A stretch of 63,074 nt of DNA, counting the filler, from Candidatus Nezhaarchaeota archaeon WYZ-LMO8 (GTDB lineage: Archaea > Thermoproteota > Methanomethylicia > Nezhaarchaeales > WYZ-LMO8): the NCBI GenBank assembly GCA_004347965.1. It is 4 parts of 4 records of this genome, joined end to end, with 100 filler letters (N's around TTAATTAATTAA, not from the genome) between each part and the next. Parts side by side here need not be neighbours in the genome. Positions count along the whole stretch, not along the records: positions 1 to 17,232 come from QNVF01000026.1; positions 17,333 to 34,079 come from QNVF01000027.1; 2 more parts are not named here. One strand, written 5' to 3'. The translations under genes were made by a program, and so were the position numbers. Of this stretch, positions 10,309-19,750 are shown in pieces (within the stretch, counting starts at the first letter, position 1; each line of letters starts with the position of its first letter). The notes beneath the pieces were generated by a model. That model did no database searches, was not told the origin of the DNA, and saw only the letters and a list, made by a program, of their open reading frames with translations.

Positions 10309-10722
10309 TTAGAATCTTTTAACCTCCACTTTCTTGATAAGACGGTACACCCTATTCTTTCTTTCACCACGTCTCTCTAACATGCCATTATTGTAGAGCC
10401 TTAAGAGGTATGTGGAGACAGTAGATGGCTTTAAATCTTCATTGTAAGTTCTTCTATAAGCATCTAGAACGTCTTTGCTACTAAACCAGGAACCATCATT
10501 GAAGTTCCCTTCTATAACTTGCTTAAACCTTTCCATGAGAGTCTGTTCTTGTGTTTCGTTCTGAGTATTTGAGGCCTCAGCTGATGAGACTATATCTATT
10601 AGATCCTTAACCATCTGTATGCGCTTCCATGGTACGTTCTTACCCTGAAATATTATAATCATCTTAGAACCATCTGGAAATGACACTGTAAACCTGAAGT
10701 CGTTGTAAGCCATAATAATCAC
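10309..10722 (-). CDS. Winged helix-turn-helix protein adjacent to putative origin
   Basis: C-terminal WFSSKDVLDAY...STVSTYLLRLYNNGMLERRG...YRL is a wHTH pattern; small beta-rich N-terminal domain. Confidence 0.8.
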   Translation of the reverse strand: MIIMAYNDFRFTVSFPDGSKMIIIFQGKNVPWKRIQMVKDLIDIVSSAEASNTQNETQEQTLMERFKQVIEGNFNDGSWFSSKDVLDAYRRTYNEDLKPSTVSTYLLRLYNNGMLERRGERKNRVYRLIKKVEVKRF

Positions 10723-11103
10723 AGTAACTACACTCTACAGCTCACAACTTAATTTTCACAATTCACAGTTTTTTAAGCTTATCGTTGTAAGATCTTTATA
10801 TGAGAAAAAGAAGGATTCTATAGGGGAGCGTAAGAAAGCTTCATCCTGGTCTGAAAGGATATTCACTTTATGTCGAAAATGTAGAAGAATCTTCTTTCTG
10901 TAAAATTGCGCTTTTCATAAGAAATAAAGAAAAGAAAAGAAATTTTCACAAATAATTTAAAAACAGATAAGTTAAAATTCATGTGAAATTGTTAAAAATT
11001 ATCGAAAAGTTATAAGAATAAAATTCTACGAAAGATTTCTTCTCCTTTATGAAATACGTAGAAAAGTAAGATTCATTAAGTAGAGGTAGATCAATCTCCT
11101 AGA

Positions 11104-11123
11104 CCCCTACACTTCCAGTGGAG
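11104..11123 (-). promoter_or_regulatory. Origin recognition box (ORB), left
   Basis: Minus strand CTCCACTGGAAGTGTAGGGG matches the archaeal ORB pattern TCCA.TGGAA plus G-string. Confidence 0.8.
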
Positions 11124-11250
11124 GAATAGTAGAAAACTTTAGGATGAGGTGTAATAATAATACATTATTACTAAATCGATGAAGTTCCATAGTCTTATTC
11201 TCTTAAGATTTTTCACTATCAATAAAATTACTAAGTAGGTTGAGAGTGTT

Positions 11251-11270
11251 TTCCACTGGAAGTATGGGGG
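11251..11270 (+). promoter_or_regulatory. Origin recognition box (ORB), right
   Basis: TTCCACTGGAAGTATGGGGG; inverted relative to the left ORB, 17/20 identical. Confidence 0.8.
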
Positions 11271-11438
11271 TTAACGAGATCACTTGAGGAAATCTCTTAG
11301 TTGTTTTCCTATGTTCGTTTAAACATAGCCTTCAAGTAATCTTAATTTTTGAAGAAAAGTTTTTGTGAACCCTTATCTAGTACGCTATCTGGGTTCTAAG
11401 AACAAATCGTAAGGCGGAGTGCGCCATCTAGGTCGTAA

Positions 11439-11516
11439 AGCGGGGTGGGGAAGTCAGGTTATCCCGCGGGGCTCATAACCCCGAGATCGGTGGTTCAAAT
11501 CCACCCCCCGCTACCA
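11439..11516 (+). tRNA. Initiator tRNA-Met(CAT)
   Basis: A1:T72 pair, consecutive G-C pairs in the anticodon stem CGGGG-CTCATAA-CCCCG, TTCAAAT T-loop, encoded CCA. Confidence 0.95.
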
Positions 11517-11962
11517 CCATTTTCTTCAACTAAGAGTCTCTATTGCAATAGATTTGTTACAGTAGAGAAGCAAGAAGCAATAAAATAGTGTGGTTATTTT
11601 CTGCTAGATTATTTCCGAGAGGATCTTTCTCTTTTATTATTGACTTTGGTATGATGTTTGCGCGTTAAAGGCCGTTGTTCCAACCTCATCAGTGACGTTT
11701 GCTATGAGGGGTCGATGAGTGACCTAAGTTGAGGATTAAAGGTTGGTAATAGTAATGAATAACGATCTTAATCTTCGATTAAGTTCTCTCGGCTTAATCC
11801 ATGATGTAGAATGTAAACGTTGTCCGACAACCAAAAAAGCCTACCTCCTTTATGGTAAATCAAAATCCCTTGAAACTTCAAAAACTCTGCAGTTCCTAAA
11901 CTCATCCTTTTGTTCCCTACACATCCTTTTGGCTGTTCCACAAAACGCCGATCTAACATTAG

Positions 11963-12152
11963 CATGGTTAATTATGCTAGCTATCGATTGTGCTGCTTCT
12001 CCATAAATAAGTGCTAGTGGAATTATGAAGTGTAGGAGGAGTAGTGGAGTAAGCCTGGTGTTAACGACTAAATGAGAACATTGCCAGTGCAGATTGCTGC
12101 TAAGCCTAGAGCTGCTGGATTTCTAGCTTTCTCTGATACTCTTAATAACCAT
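11963..12152 (-). pseudogene. Degraded acetate uptake transporter (GPR1/FUN34/YaaH, SatP-like) remnant
   Basis: Fragments in different frames: EKARNPAALGLAA and FIIPLALIYGEAAQSIASII resemble the family motifs NPAPLGL and YGG.AQ.IAG. Confidence 0.5.
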
Positions 12153-12350
12153 TATTTCAGTATCGGTTAAGCTCTTGAGAAAAGACTTCCGTAAGAGAAG
12201 TTGGCATCTTTAAGGAAGTAGGAGACTTAAGGTGTTTTTCATAGCGAACTTATAATGACACGTTAACCTTAAGTAAGCATCTTCATCATGCTTGGTCATA
12301 CTTAACTGACTTGAGCAAAAATGATATTCAAGTTTGACAAAAAGTAACTT

Positions 12351-12947
12351 GTGAGGTCAAGGAAAGCTAGAATTCGCCGCTTATATGACTTTACCTCAGA
12401 GTTCTATGATGGGCTTTACGGTTACGAACAAGAAAAGAAGTTTACATCCATTTTCAACCTCCTTAGGAACTCGAAATTTAATGTGATGCTCGATGCCGGT
12501 TGCGGAACTGGATTAATCACTAAGAAACTTCAGGGTAAAGGAAACTTCATTGTGGGCGTTGACTTCTCTAAGGGGATGCTCCAGAGAGCTAAAGAAAAGC
12601 TTGGTAAGGTAATAAAGATGGATTTCGTGCTAGGTGATATCGAGTACTTACCCTTTCGCTCTAAATCCTTTGATTTAGTTTTAAGCATAACAGTTTTACA
12701 AAACTGTAACCCTCTAAGAGCACTTAAATCGCTCTTACGAGTATTATCTAATAGCGGTGTACTGGTTCTCAGCTATCTCAAGAGATCGAAGGAAGTAAAG
12801 GAGTTTGAAGCTAAGCTAAAAGATTACGTTTTAAAGGACTTGGACTTAATTGACAACGTAGTAATTTTAAGTGGACAGCAGGCTATGAACCTAGTCGGCA
12901 AAAGAAGCTGGAAGATTGAAGTGAAAGCTCATGGTATCGCGCATTAG
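12351..12947 (+). CDS. Class I SAM-dependent methyltransferase
   Basis: MLDAGCGTG, GVDFSKGML, LPFRSKSFDLV. Confidence 0.9.
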   Translation: MRSRKARIRRLYDFTSEFYDGLYGYEQEKKFTSIFNLLRNSKFNVMLDAGCGTGLITKKLQGKGNFIVGVDFSKGMLQRAKEKLGKVIKMDFVLGDIEYLPFRSKSFDLVLSITVLQNCNPLRALKSLLRVLSNSGVLVLSYLKRSKEVKEFEAKLKDYVLKDLDLIDNVVILSGQQAMNLVGKRSWKIEVKAHGIAH

Positions 12948-13188
12948 AGAACTGCTAAATAAGATAAGGTGGCATAATAAGTTGAACCCTGAAGATTTTG
13001 AAGTCCATATACTACATAGAGGCGTGCCGAACGATATCAAAGTAATACCTGCCGCTAGCATAACCGAGGTTCTTAAGGACTGTTTTAAGTTTAGGGACCT
13101 GAATGGCGATGAAAAGGTCATTCCATACCACAGGGTCTTGCTCATACGAGATAGAGTTCGTGGTCATGTATTATACAAGAGAAAGTAG
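12931..13188 (+). CDS. DUF504 family protein
   Basis: IRELLNKIRW, HRG, IPYHRV motifs. Confidence 0.8.
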   Translation: MVSRIRELLNKIRWHNKLNPEDFEVHILHRGVPNDIKVIPAASITEVLKDCFKFRDLNGDEKVIPYHRVLLIRDRVRGHVLYKRK

Positions 13189-13193
13189 AGTAA

Positions 13194-14366
13194 TTACCTA
13201 CAGTCTTTCACGAGGACCGCGTAGAAGAAGCCTGGAGTGTCATGAATATGTGGATGAAATCTAACAACTTTATCTGCATACTTCGAATACGTGACTATAC
13301 CCATATCTCCTATTTGGCGTGGAACTTCGAGTAGTTGCATTCCGAGCTTTTCAATAGCATAATTAATATTGTTCTCGCATTCCTCTATACTGACGGTACA
13401 TACAGAGTATAGCATTCTACCGCCTTTCTTAAGCAAGTTAAAACCAGCTCTTATGAACTGCCTTTGATATTCACTTAAATTCCTAATAGTTTTCTCCGTC
13501 AGCTCATCGTAAAGCTTAGGCCTTATACCTAGCGCAGAGCATGGAGGATCGACCATTACGGCATCGACCTTGCCCTTGAGATCCTTCAGCTCCAGGTCAG
13601 CATACCTTGAATCTAGACATAAGATCTTAGCGTTCCTCACTCCAAGCCTTTGAACATTCTCATTTAATGTTTCCACCTTATTTGGTGAACGATCTATCCC
13701 TATAATCAATCCCCTGTTGTTCATAAGTTGGCTGGCATACGTTAACTTACCACCAGGAGATGCGGTTAAATCAATTATGAGCTCGTTGCTCCTCGGATTA
13801 AGAGCTTTCACGGCTAAAATGGATGGCAGTGATTGAGGAAATATTTCCCCCTTTAAGTATAGATCAAGGCTTCTTATAGATGGCAACTTATAAATGGAAA
13901 CTAGGGTTTCAGCAACCAACCCTTTTCTTAAGAACTTCAAATCTTTTGAGTCAATTACAGCCCTCGCAATTGCTACAGACCTTCCTTTAGGGTCCGTAAC
14001 GGTTACGTTGTCACCTTTCTGAACGCCTTCCATGTTAATTACTCCCGGCGCGTAGACGTTAGCTCCCATCATGACCGATTCGGCTGTCAGCTTGTCAACT
14101 ACGATCTTTTTACTAAGCTCAGGCACGTCGAACGGTCCTAGGACCTTAATTAACACGACATCGAGCTCAGCAATTGCTTTAACTTCAAATTCTAGACATC
14201 TAAAGTACTTCTCAACTTTATCGATTGAACTCTTTAAAGTATTCACGCGAACTGTGTACCATGAGCCAGGCGACGAGAGTGCCTCTATCACGCGATCAAC
14301 GGCTTCTCCGTAGACCATGCTTAAAACGCACATAGCGGCTCTTGAAGGTTGGTAACGAGGTATCAC
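13194..14366 (-). CDS. RsmB/NOP2 family RNA m5C methyltransferase with PUA domain
   Basis: PUA-like [38 protein letters not shown]. Confidence 0.92.
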   Translation of the reverse strand: MIPRYQPSRAAMCVLSMVYGEAVDRVIEALSSPGSWYTVRVNTLKSSIDKVEKYFRCLEFEVKAIAELDVVLIKVLGPFDVPELSKKIVVDKLTAESVMMGANVYAPGVINMEGVQKGDNVTVTDPKGRSVAIARAVIDSKDLKFLRKGLVAETLVSIYKLPSIRSLDLYLKGEIFPQSLPSILAVKALNPRSNELIIDLTASPGGKLTYASQLMNNRGLIIGIDRSPNKVETLNENVQRLGVRNAKILCLDSRYADLELKDLKGKVDAVMVDPPCSALGIRPKLYDELTEKTIRNLSEYQRQFIRAGFNLLKKGGRMLYSVCTVSIEECENNINYAIEKLGMQLLEVPRQIGDMGIVTYSKYADKVVRFHPHIHDTPGFFYAVLVKDCR

Positions 14367-14887
14367 AGTTCTTCATACCCCGCTACCTCTCTCCTTAGCC
14401 TATGACCGCAAACGCGGCATTCTTCCAAGTACTTGCTGTATTCCTCGCCGCATGCTGTACATAGATAACGCCACCTTATTCTCCTCTTTATGGCATCAAT
14501 CTTCACATTGCGCCACCTTAAATTGAGGCGTGAAGCTAAATTTTGTACAGTGTAATCATCAGTCATGAGCAAGGGATCAAGTCCTTGTTCATGAAGTTGA
14601 AGAGCTAGAGCTAGCACCTTTAAGTCTGTCCTAGAAAGAGACGATATATCACCACTTCTCCTTGCGATTTCAAGCACTTTATCTATGAAACTTCTATCAG
14701 GATTTATGACGTTTAGCACCTTAAGATCTAGTAAGACTTCAACGCAAACTTTGTGTCTTATCGTTTTGATCTCGTCTATGACCTCAGGTATCGTGAAGCA
14801 TCGATATTTTTGCAAGTACTGCACTACATTATCCATCAATAAGACGTTTGCATCCACAACGACGTTCTCTCTACTTTTTCCCTCCAC
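14363..14887 (-). CDS. nob1: Nob1 family PIN endonuclease
   Basis: [26 protein letters not shown]-terminal CTACG...CRVCG zinc ribbon. Confidence 0.92.
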   Translation of the reverse strand: MEGKSRENVVVDANVLLMDNVVQYLQKYRCFTIPEVIDEIKTIRHKVCVEVLLDLKVLNVINPDRSFIDKVLEIARRSGDISSLSRTDLKVLALALQLHEQGLDPLLMTDDYTVQNLASRLNLRWRNVKIDAIKRRIRWRYLCTACGEEYSKYLEECRVCGHRLRREVAGYEEL

Positions 14888-15737
14888 GAATACGTACCTC
14901 GTAAAACTTCTTGTAGAAAGAGTCTCTATAGTCTCTTATTCTAATGAAGTCTACATAAGAGGGTGACTTGCTTACTTTCACAGCACCTCCTCGATCAACT
15001 TTACCAATGGACATTCCATCAGAGAATACAACGGCTCCCCTTAAGCTTTGAGGGGGAATTAAAATCTCGACTTCACTACTTGACGGGAGAATGAAGGGTC
15101 TTACCCCTAACATCAATGGATTAAGTATTACCGTTATCATGCATTCAACGTAGGGGTCCACCAGGGGACCACCTAATGAAAGCACGTAAGCAGTACAACC
15201 AATAGTCGATGACACTAAAACTCCATCAGCTCTATTACTAAAGATCTCAACTCCATCACTTCTCACTACGAGATCTAGGATCTTGGCTTGCTCTGAGGCG
15301 AGGACAAGAACATCATTAAGTGCTAAGTCTTTTTCTGCACCGTCTATCTTTACTGACAATAAGTTCGCTCTTTGTATTTGATACTCTCCTGAAAGCACTT
15401 TATCTATGGCTTTGCTCACCTCTTTAGGTTCTACCTCACATAAGAAGCCCATGCGACCCATATTCACACCTAAGATTCTGAGGGGCGGCTTGAGTCTCTT
15501 TATTGCTTGCAGTATTGTTCCATCACCTCCAAACGTCATAATTACGTCAGCACTCTTCAACATCTCAACTGATGATGCAGCTCTCCTTACATCGGGGTGC
15601 GTAGAGGAACTAGCTATCTCTTGGTCAACAAGTACCTCCACTCCCTTAGCTTTCAAGTAAAAGAAAACGTCCTCTATTATTTCTAAAGCCTCTTTTGGGT
15701 CCTGTTTTGAGATTATGCCTATGCAACGAATTTCTAA
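14871..15737 (-). CDS. nadK: NAD kinase (true start upstream of track TTG; non-canonical or frameshifted)
   Basis: GGDGT, GVNMGRMGFL, ALNDV, ADGVLVSSTIGCTAY; family-type N-terminus CIGIISKQD..EALEII continues in frame to a TGA at 15741-15743. Confidence 0.9.
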   Translation of the reverse strand, partial: LEIRCIGIISKQDPKEALEIIEDVFFYLKAKGVEVLVDQEIASSSTHPDVRRAASSVEMLKSADVIMTFGGDGTILQAIKRLKPPLRILGVNMGRMGFLCEVEPKEVSKAIDKVLSGEYQIQRANLLSVKIDGAEKDLALNDVLVLASEQAKILDLVVRSDGVEIFSNRADGVLVSSTIGCTAYVLSLGGPLVDPYVECMITVILNPLMLGVRPFILPSSSEVEILIPPQSLRGAVVFSDGMSIGKVDRGGAVKVSKSPSYVDFIRIRDYRDSFYKKFYEVRIRGGKK

Positions 15738-15776
15738 TGTTCATCACCCTGACTTATTTAGTTAAACAATCACTAG

Positions 15777-16175
15777 TCACCGGCTGCGCATTATCTTCTT
15801 CTTACCGAGTATTTCCCAAACCTCTACCTCACTACCTACAGTTATTTTGTTAATGATCTCAGGCTCTACAGTCTCTTTGGATACTTCGTAGACCTCATAA
15901 CTTGAAAGGTCCATTAATTGAAAGGTCGTTGAGGTTACCGATATCACTTGAGATACCTTCTTCTCAATTATGGGTACCTCGACCTTCTGATCTACCGGAA
16001 CAACCATGCTTCTCTTAACGCCATCGAAAATTCCTATAGCGGTTATCCTGACTTTAGCTGATCCATGCTTTCCAGGCTTTGACCTCTCCACTTCAACTAT
16101 TCTACATGGCTCCTCGTCTATTACTACGAAGGATCCCTCTTTAAGTGACCCGGCATCTACGGGCTTTCGAGTCAA
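15777..16175 (-). CDS. eif5a: Translation factor aIF-5A
   Basis: Hypusination motif SKPGKHGSAK. Confidence 0.97.
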   Translation of the reverse strand: MTRKPVDAGSLKEGSFVVIDEEPCRIVEVERSKPGKHGSAKVRITAIGIFDGVKRSMVVPVDQKVEVPIIEKKVSQVISVTSTTFQLMDLSSYEVYEVSKETVEPEIINKITVGSEVEVWEILGKKKIMRSR

Positions 16176-16214
16176 TATCAGACCTCCCCTTTCTTGTCAA
16201 AGTGCATTACCCTT

Positions 16215-16790
16215 TCATGTTTTTAAATGTTTACCCTTCTCTATCAAGTAGCGAGCCAATTTCTCCAGTGCTTTTCTTCTATGAGATACCTTATTTTTGA
16301 CCTCAAGAGGTAATTGAGCATATGTTAACCCCTTCAACCCTTCGGGCTCAAATATGGGATCGAAGCCCCACGAGTACCCTCGAGGTTCGAGTGATATCCT
16401 ACCCTTCACGTAACCAATAAATGTGCGGACCTTCTTCCCATCATGAAATGCTACCACCGATTTAAAGGTAGCGCTCCTCCTTCTCACCCCCTTCATTAGC
16501 CTCAGCACTCCATTAATTCCTATGGTCTTAAAAACATATGAGGAGTAAGGGCCTGGAAAGCCGTTAAGAGCATCAATAAATAATCCAGCATCCTCTACTA
16601 TAACTGGTCTTCTTAATTGACGATAAGCCTCTTTAGCTCTAAACCTGGCTACCTCCGAAATATCATCAGACTGAATTTCAAGAATTTTAGCTTGTACAAC
16701 TTCAACTTCTATATTCATTTCTCTCAATATGAAGACACTTTCACGTGCCTTATTCGGGTTATTAGTTACATAAGCTATTCGTAGGCTCAT
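16215..16790 (-). CDS. rdgB: HAM1/RdgB non-canonical purine NTP pyrophosphatase
   Basis: VTNNPNK, VEDAGL, GFPGPYS, WGFDPIF, SHRRKA. Confidence 0.95.
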   Translation of the reverse strand: MSLRIAYVTNNPNKARESVFILREMNIEVEVVQAKILEIQSDDISEVARFRAKEAYRQLRRPVIVEDAGLFIDALNGFPGPYSSYVFKTIGINGVLRLMKGVRRRSATFKSVVAFHDGKKVRTFIGYVKGRISLEPRGYSWGFDPIFEPEGLKGLTYAQLPLEVKNKVSHRRKALEKLARYLIEKGKHLKT

Positions 16791-16860
16791 AGAAGTTTGT
16801 TTAATTACACGCAATATTTATGTGTACCCACATAAGATTAACTGAAAAGGTGGCGTTAGA

Positions 16861-17232
16861 TTGAGGAGAAGCGCAGAGAAAGGGAAGTCCCATTCGACCA
16901 GGCCCATAACAAGCGATGTTGCATCAAAGCTGAAGATATCTGAAGAGGAAGTCGTCTCTCTAATAGTTGACTATGCTAAGAAAGGTTATCCACCATCGAT
17001 GATAGGAGTACTTCTAAGAGATCAGCATGGAATAGCTCTTGCGAGAGACTTTATAGGCAAGAAAATAACTAAAGTACTTGCTGAAAAAGGATTAGCTCCT
17101 CAAATTCCTGAGGACCTTGCCAACCTAATGAGGAGGGCTGCTAAAGTAAGGCGACACTTAGAAGAGCATCCGAAAGACTACTTCTCATTAAGAGGACTTC
17201 AACTCATAGAATCTAAAATTCACAGACTCGTA
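16861..17232 (+). CDS. rps15: 30S ribosomal protein S15 (uS15), truncated at contig end
   Basis: [33 protein letters not shown]. Confidence 0.95.
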
Positions 17233-17332
17233 NNNNNNNNNNNNNNNNNNNNNNNNNNNNNNNNNNNNNNNNNNNNTTAATTAATTAANNNNNNNNNNNN
17301 NNNNNNNNNNNNNNNNNNNNNNNNNNNNNNNN
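17233..17332. other. Artificial contig spacer
   Basis: N-run, TTAATTAATTAA (stops in all six frames), N-run; 100 bp. Confidence 0.98.
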
Positions 17333-17564
17333 CCCTTGCAATCTTAGAACACTTAAGTGCAGTATCTATGCTCGGCTCAGGCTCTACATCACTGAAAACC
17401 TCTATAATCTCTGCCTTAATGCTACTCCTAACCATATCAACAAAACCAAGTTTCACCATGTTTTCATCTGCAACTATCAGTACCCTGCTTGCTTTCTCAC
17501 TCTCTAAGAACGTTAAAGCATCTTCTCCAAAGACTACTGTTCGTGGAGAGACGAAGGTCCACAT
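17333..17564 (-). CDS. Iron-containing alcohol dehydrogenase, N-terminal fragment
   Basis: FVSPRTVVFGEDAL...VFSDVEPEPS typical of Fe-ADH; cut by contig end. Confidence 0.85.
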
Positions 17565-17569
17565 AGCTG

Positions 17570-18190
17570 TTAACCCGTATCTATTGGTATTGAAGACATG
17601 AGCTGACCATACCTAGTAACAGCAGCTACGTTCCTCATTAAGTACCCTAGATCGCCCTTCAACTTCAGTTTTCCTCTTACTATCTGAGTTGTCGTGTCAA
17701 CTCTGCCCATTACGAGCTCTTTGAAAGCTGCATAGGGGCCGCTTAGAACAAATCTAGGAGTTGGAATTTCTCCAGGAGCAACCGGCTTGGCGTTCCTCAA
17801 CTCTCCATGCCAGAAGTCAAGCCATATGTACGTTGAGGCTCCTTTAACTTCGTCGAGTTTTATCTCCCCGACCTTCTTAGCAAGCTCTTCAAAGTTTAAC
17901 TTCGAGAGGTCAATATCTTGATCTAAGGCTAGCCCAAGCTTTTGAGCAAACCTTTCGATAGGAGTACCTTTGTAAGCAACCCTCTTTTCTGTAGGGATTG
18001 CAGCCAATAGTGATATGAGACCGCGTAGAATCTTTGGCTTTTGAAGGTCTTTCAGAGCCTCTTCATCTAGTTCAACTATGCATAAAAAGTCTCCTTCCCA
18101 CCTTGCAGCCACCCTCTTATACGTCTCATCGCTATTAACTCTCTTTTGAAGCTCCTCTAACCATTCCTTAGATGGATATACTACTGCCAT
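17570..18190 (-). CDS. SCP2 lipid-binding domain protein with internal insertion
   Basis: YPSKEW...NSD..Y...A.RWEGDF, WLDFWHG, GKLKLKGDL motifs. Confidence 0.75.
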   Translation of the reverse strand: MAVVYPSKEWLEELQKRVNSDETYKRVAARWEGDFLCIVELDEEALKDLQKPKILRGLISLLAAIPTEKRVAYKGTPIERFAQKLGLALDQDIDLSKLNFEELAKKVGEIKLDEVKGASTYIWLDFWHGELRNAKPVAPGEIPTPRFVLSGPYAAFKELVMGRVDTTTQIVRGKLKLKGDLGYLMRNVAAVTRYGQLMSSIPIDTG

Positions 18191-18644
18191 ATAATATCAT
18201 GGATAAAAGATGCTTAAATAGTTTTCAACGTGTTCATCATATTAATTGCAGATAAGGTTGTAAGCCCCATTTATGCTTTAGCACTCATGTTCTTAGATGG
18301 CCCAACAATCTTTCCAACGTTATTCCTACTGATTATGTGGAGAGTCCTATAACCTTCTCATTCCACTTCTAGCTATGTTCCTTGAAGCCGCTAACATAAG
18401 CAAGCCCTCTTTTCCCTTATTAAGTCTTAGGTTCTTAGTCAATAGAGAGATCGCTACGTATAATCTCTGCCCATTTTGTTTATTTCACTACTTCTCAGCT
18501 TTAGAGAAGGAGAAAAGTGCTAAGAAGAATATTGATAGTACTGTTAGAGACGTAAACCTGTAACGTTGAAAAAGCATGTAGTGATGCATGAAAGATCAGA
18601 ACTCTAGGCTAAATACATTGAAGTTACTAAGAAAGGAGGTTTTC

Positions 18645-19157
18645 TTACCTTGTTATTGGAGGTCTATCGAAGTATATGTTCTTTGATGTAGCGCTCAATG
18701 GGATCGCTAACACCACGTCAGCGTCTATCAACTTTAAAGTTTGAGCCGCCAAGCCTGCAGTATACATAACTCTGTTATCTACGTTGTGGAGAGAAGCAGT
18801 CTTAACCGCTGAACCTATAGCTATGCCTAGGTTTATTAGGTTCAGTACCAAGTTTATGTCGTATTGATGGGATCGAGGGGCTTTGACACCTATATCCTTC
18901 ACCTTGCAACCTATGAGGACTACAACATTCGATCTCCTTATGTTATCAGCATCTCTCCTAAAGTATTCACCTAGTTCTTCAGCCATTTTCTCCATAACTT
19001 CAGCAAGTCTCTCTATGTCGGTTCTATCCTGAATTATCCCAACAACTACGTTATCTACTCCTCTAGCCTTGGGGGCTGTTATCGCGCTTAGAGCCATGAG
19101 CCTAGCCACATTAATTAAAGACTCCTCAACTATCTTCTCTCTACTCTCCACAACCAT
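18645..19157 (-). CDS. DUF2148 family protein (nitroreductase-like fold)
   Basis: SAITAPKARGVD, NLGIAIGSAVKTA, VDNRVMY, KNIYFDR. Confidence 0.8.
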   Translation of the reverse strand: MVVESREKIVEESLINVARLMALSAITAPKARGVDNVVVGIIQDRTDIERLAEVMEKMAEELGEYFRRDADNIRRSNVVVLIGCKVKDIGVKAPRSHQYDINLVLNLINLGIAIGSAVKTASLHNVDNRVMYTAGLAAQTLKLIDADVVLAIPLSATSKNIYFDRPPITR

Positions 19158-19750
19158 AATCTTCGCCCCAAGAATACTTCGTGATAAAGGGTAAAAGCCT
19201 TTCGTTAAAGCATCTACGAAACATTAAGATGTAAGCCATTTCATCGATCTCTTCAATACATAGCACTTAACCATAGTTAGGAGACAACAAAATCAATGCG
19301 ATCGACCTTTACCTACTCCACATGAACCGCTTTAAACTCTTTATACCAAGTAATTACTTAACGTCAAGACAGGCCTTAGAAGAAGGCTCAAAGATTATTT
19401 CTAGCTTTCTATGTAGACTAAGGGCGTCATAGCCTCGATGTTACTTTCTTTGCATGATGGCTAGTATCGCTTTGAATATGGATATCAATGCTAACACTAC
19501 TATCAAACAGAAAAATGAGAGAGTCGATCATACACCATACCTCTCATCGGAAATCGCAAAGGTTACTTACATATATAAACCTTAATGGTTAAGGACTAGT
19601 CGTTATAGTAAAGACTTTTGCTGGAGTTTATGACTTAGTAAAAAGCTGTTGCTAGAGGAGTTTAAGAGGCAGTACATAGCTTGAGGATTTAGTTTCTTTC
19701 ATTCCCGACCAAATGCTAGAAATTTTTAAGATAACGCTTTGGAGGTTATC

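Larger units (their letters stand above)
10740..11400. other. Putative chromosomal replication origin (oriC)
   Basis: About 700 bp very AT-rich non-coding region containing two inverted ORB-like boxes. Confidence 0.75.

Noticed and set aside
11650..11735. CTGATGA on the minus strand and C/D-like words suggesting a hammerhead ribozyme or sRNA
   Set aside because: No GAAA hammerhead core after a stem, and boxes and guide lengths are inconsistent.
17233..17332. Palindromic TTAATTAATTAA repeated three times inside N-runs (also 34080-34179 and 50886-50985)
   Set aside because: Synthetic six-frame-stop linker used to concatenate contigs; not biological, and ORF ends falling inside it are artefacts.
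19400..19580. TATA box, SD and a short frameshifted hydrophobic peptide on the minus strand
   Set aside because: Probably a gene remnant, but too short to assign a family.
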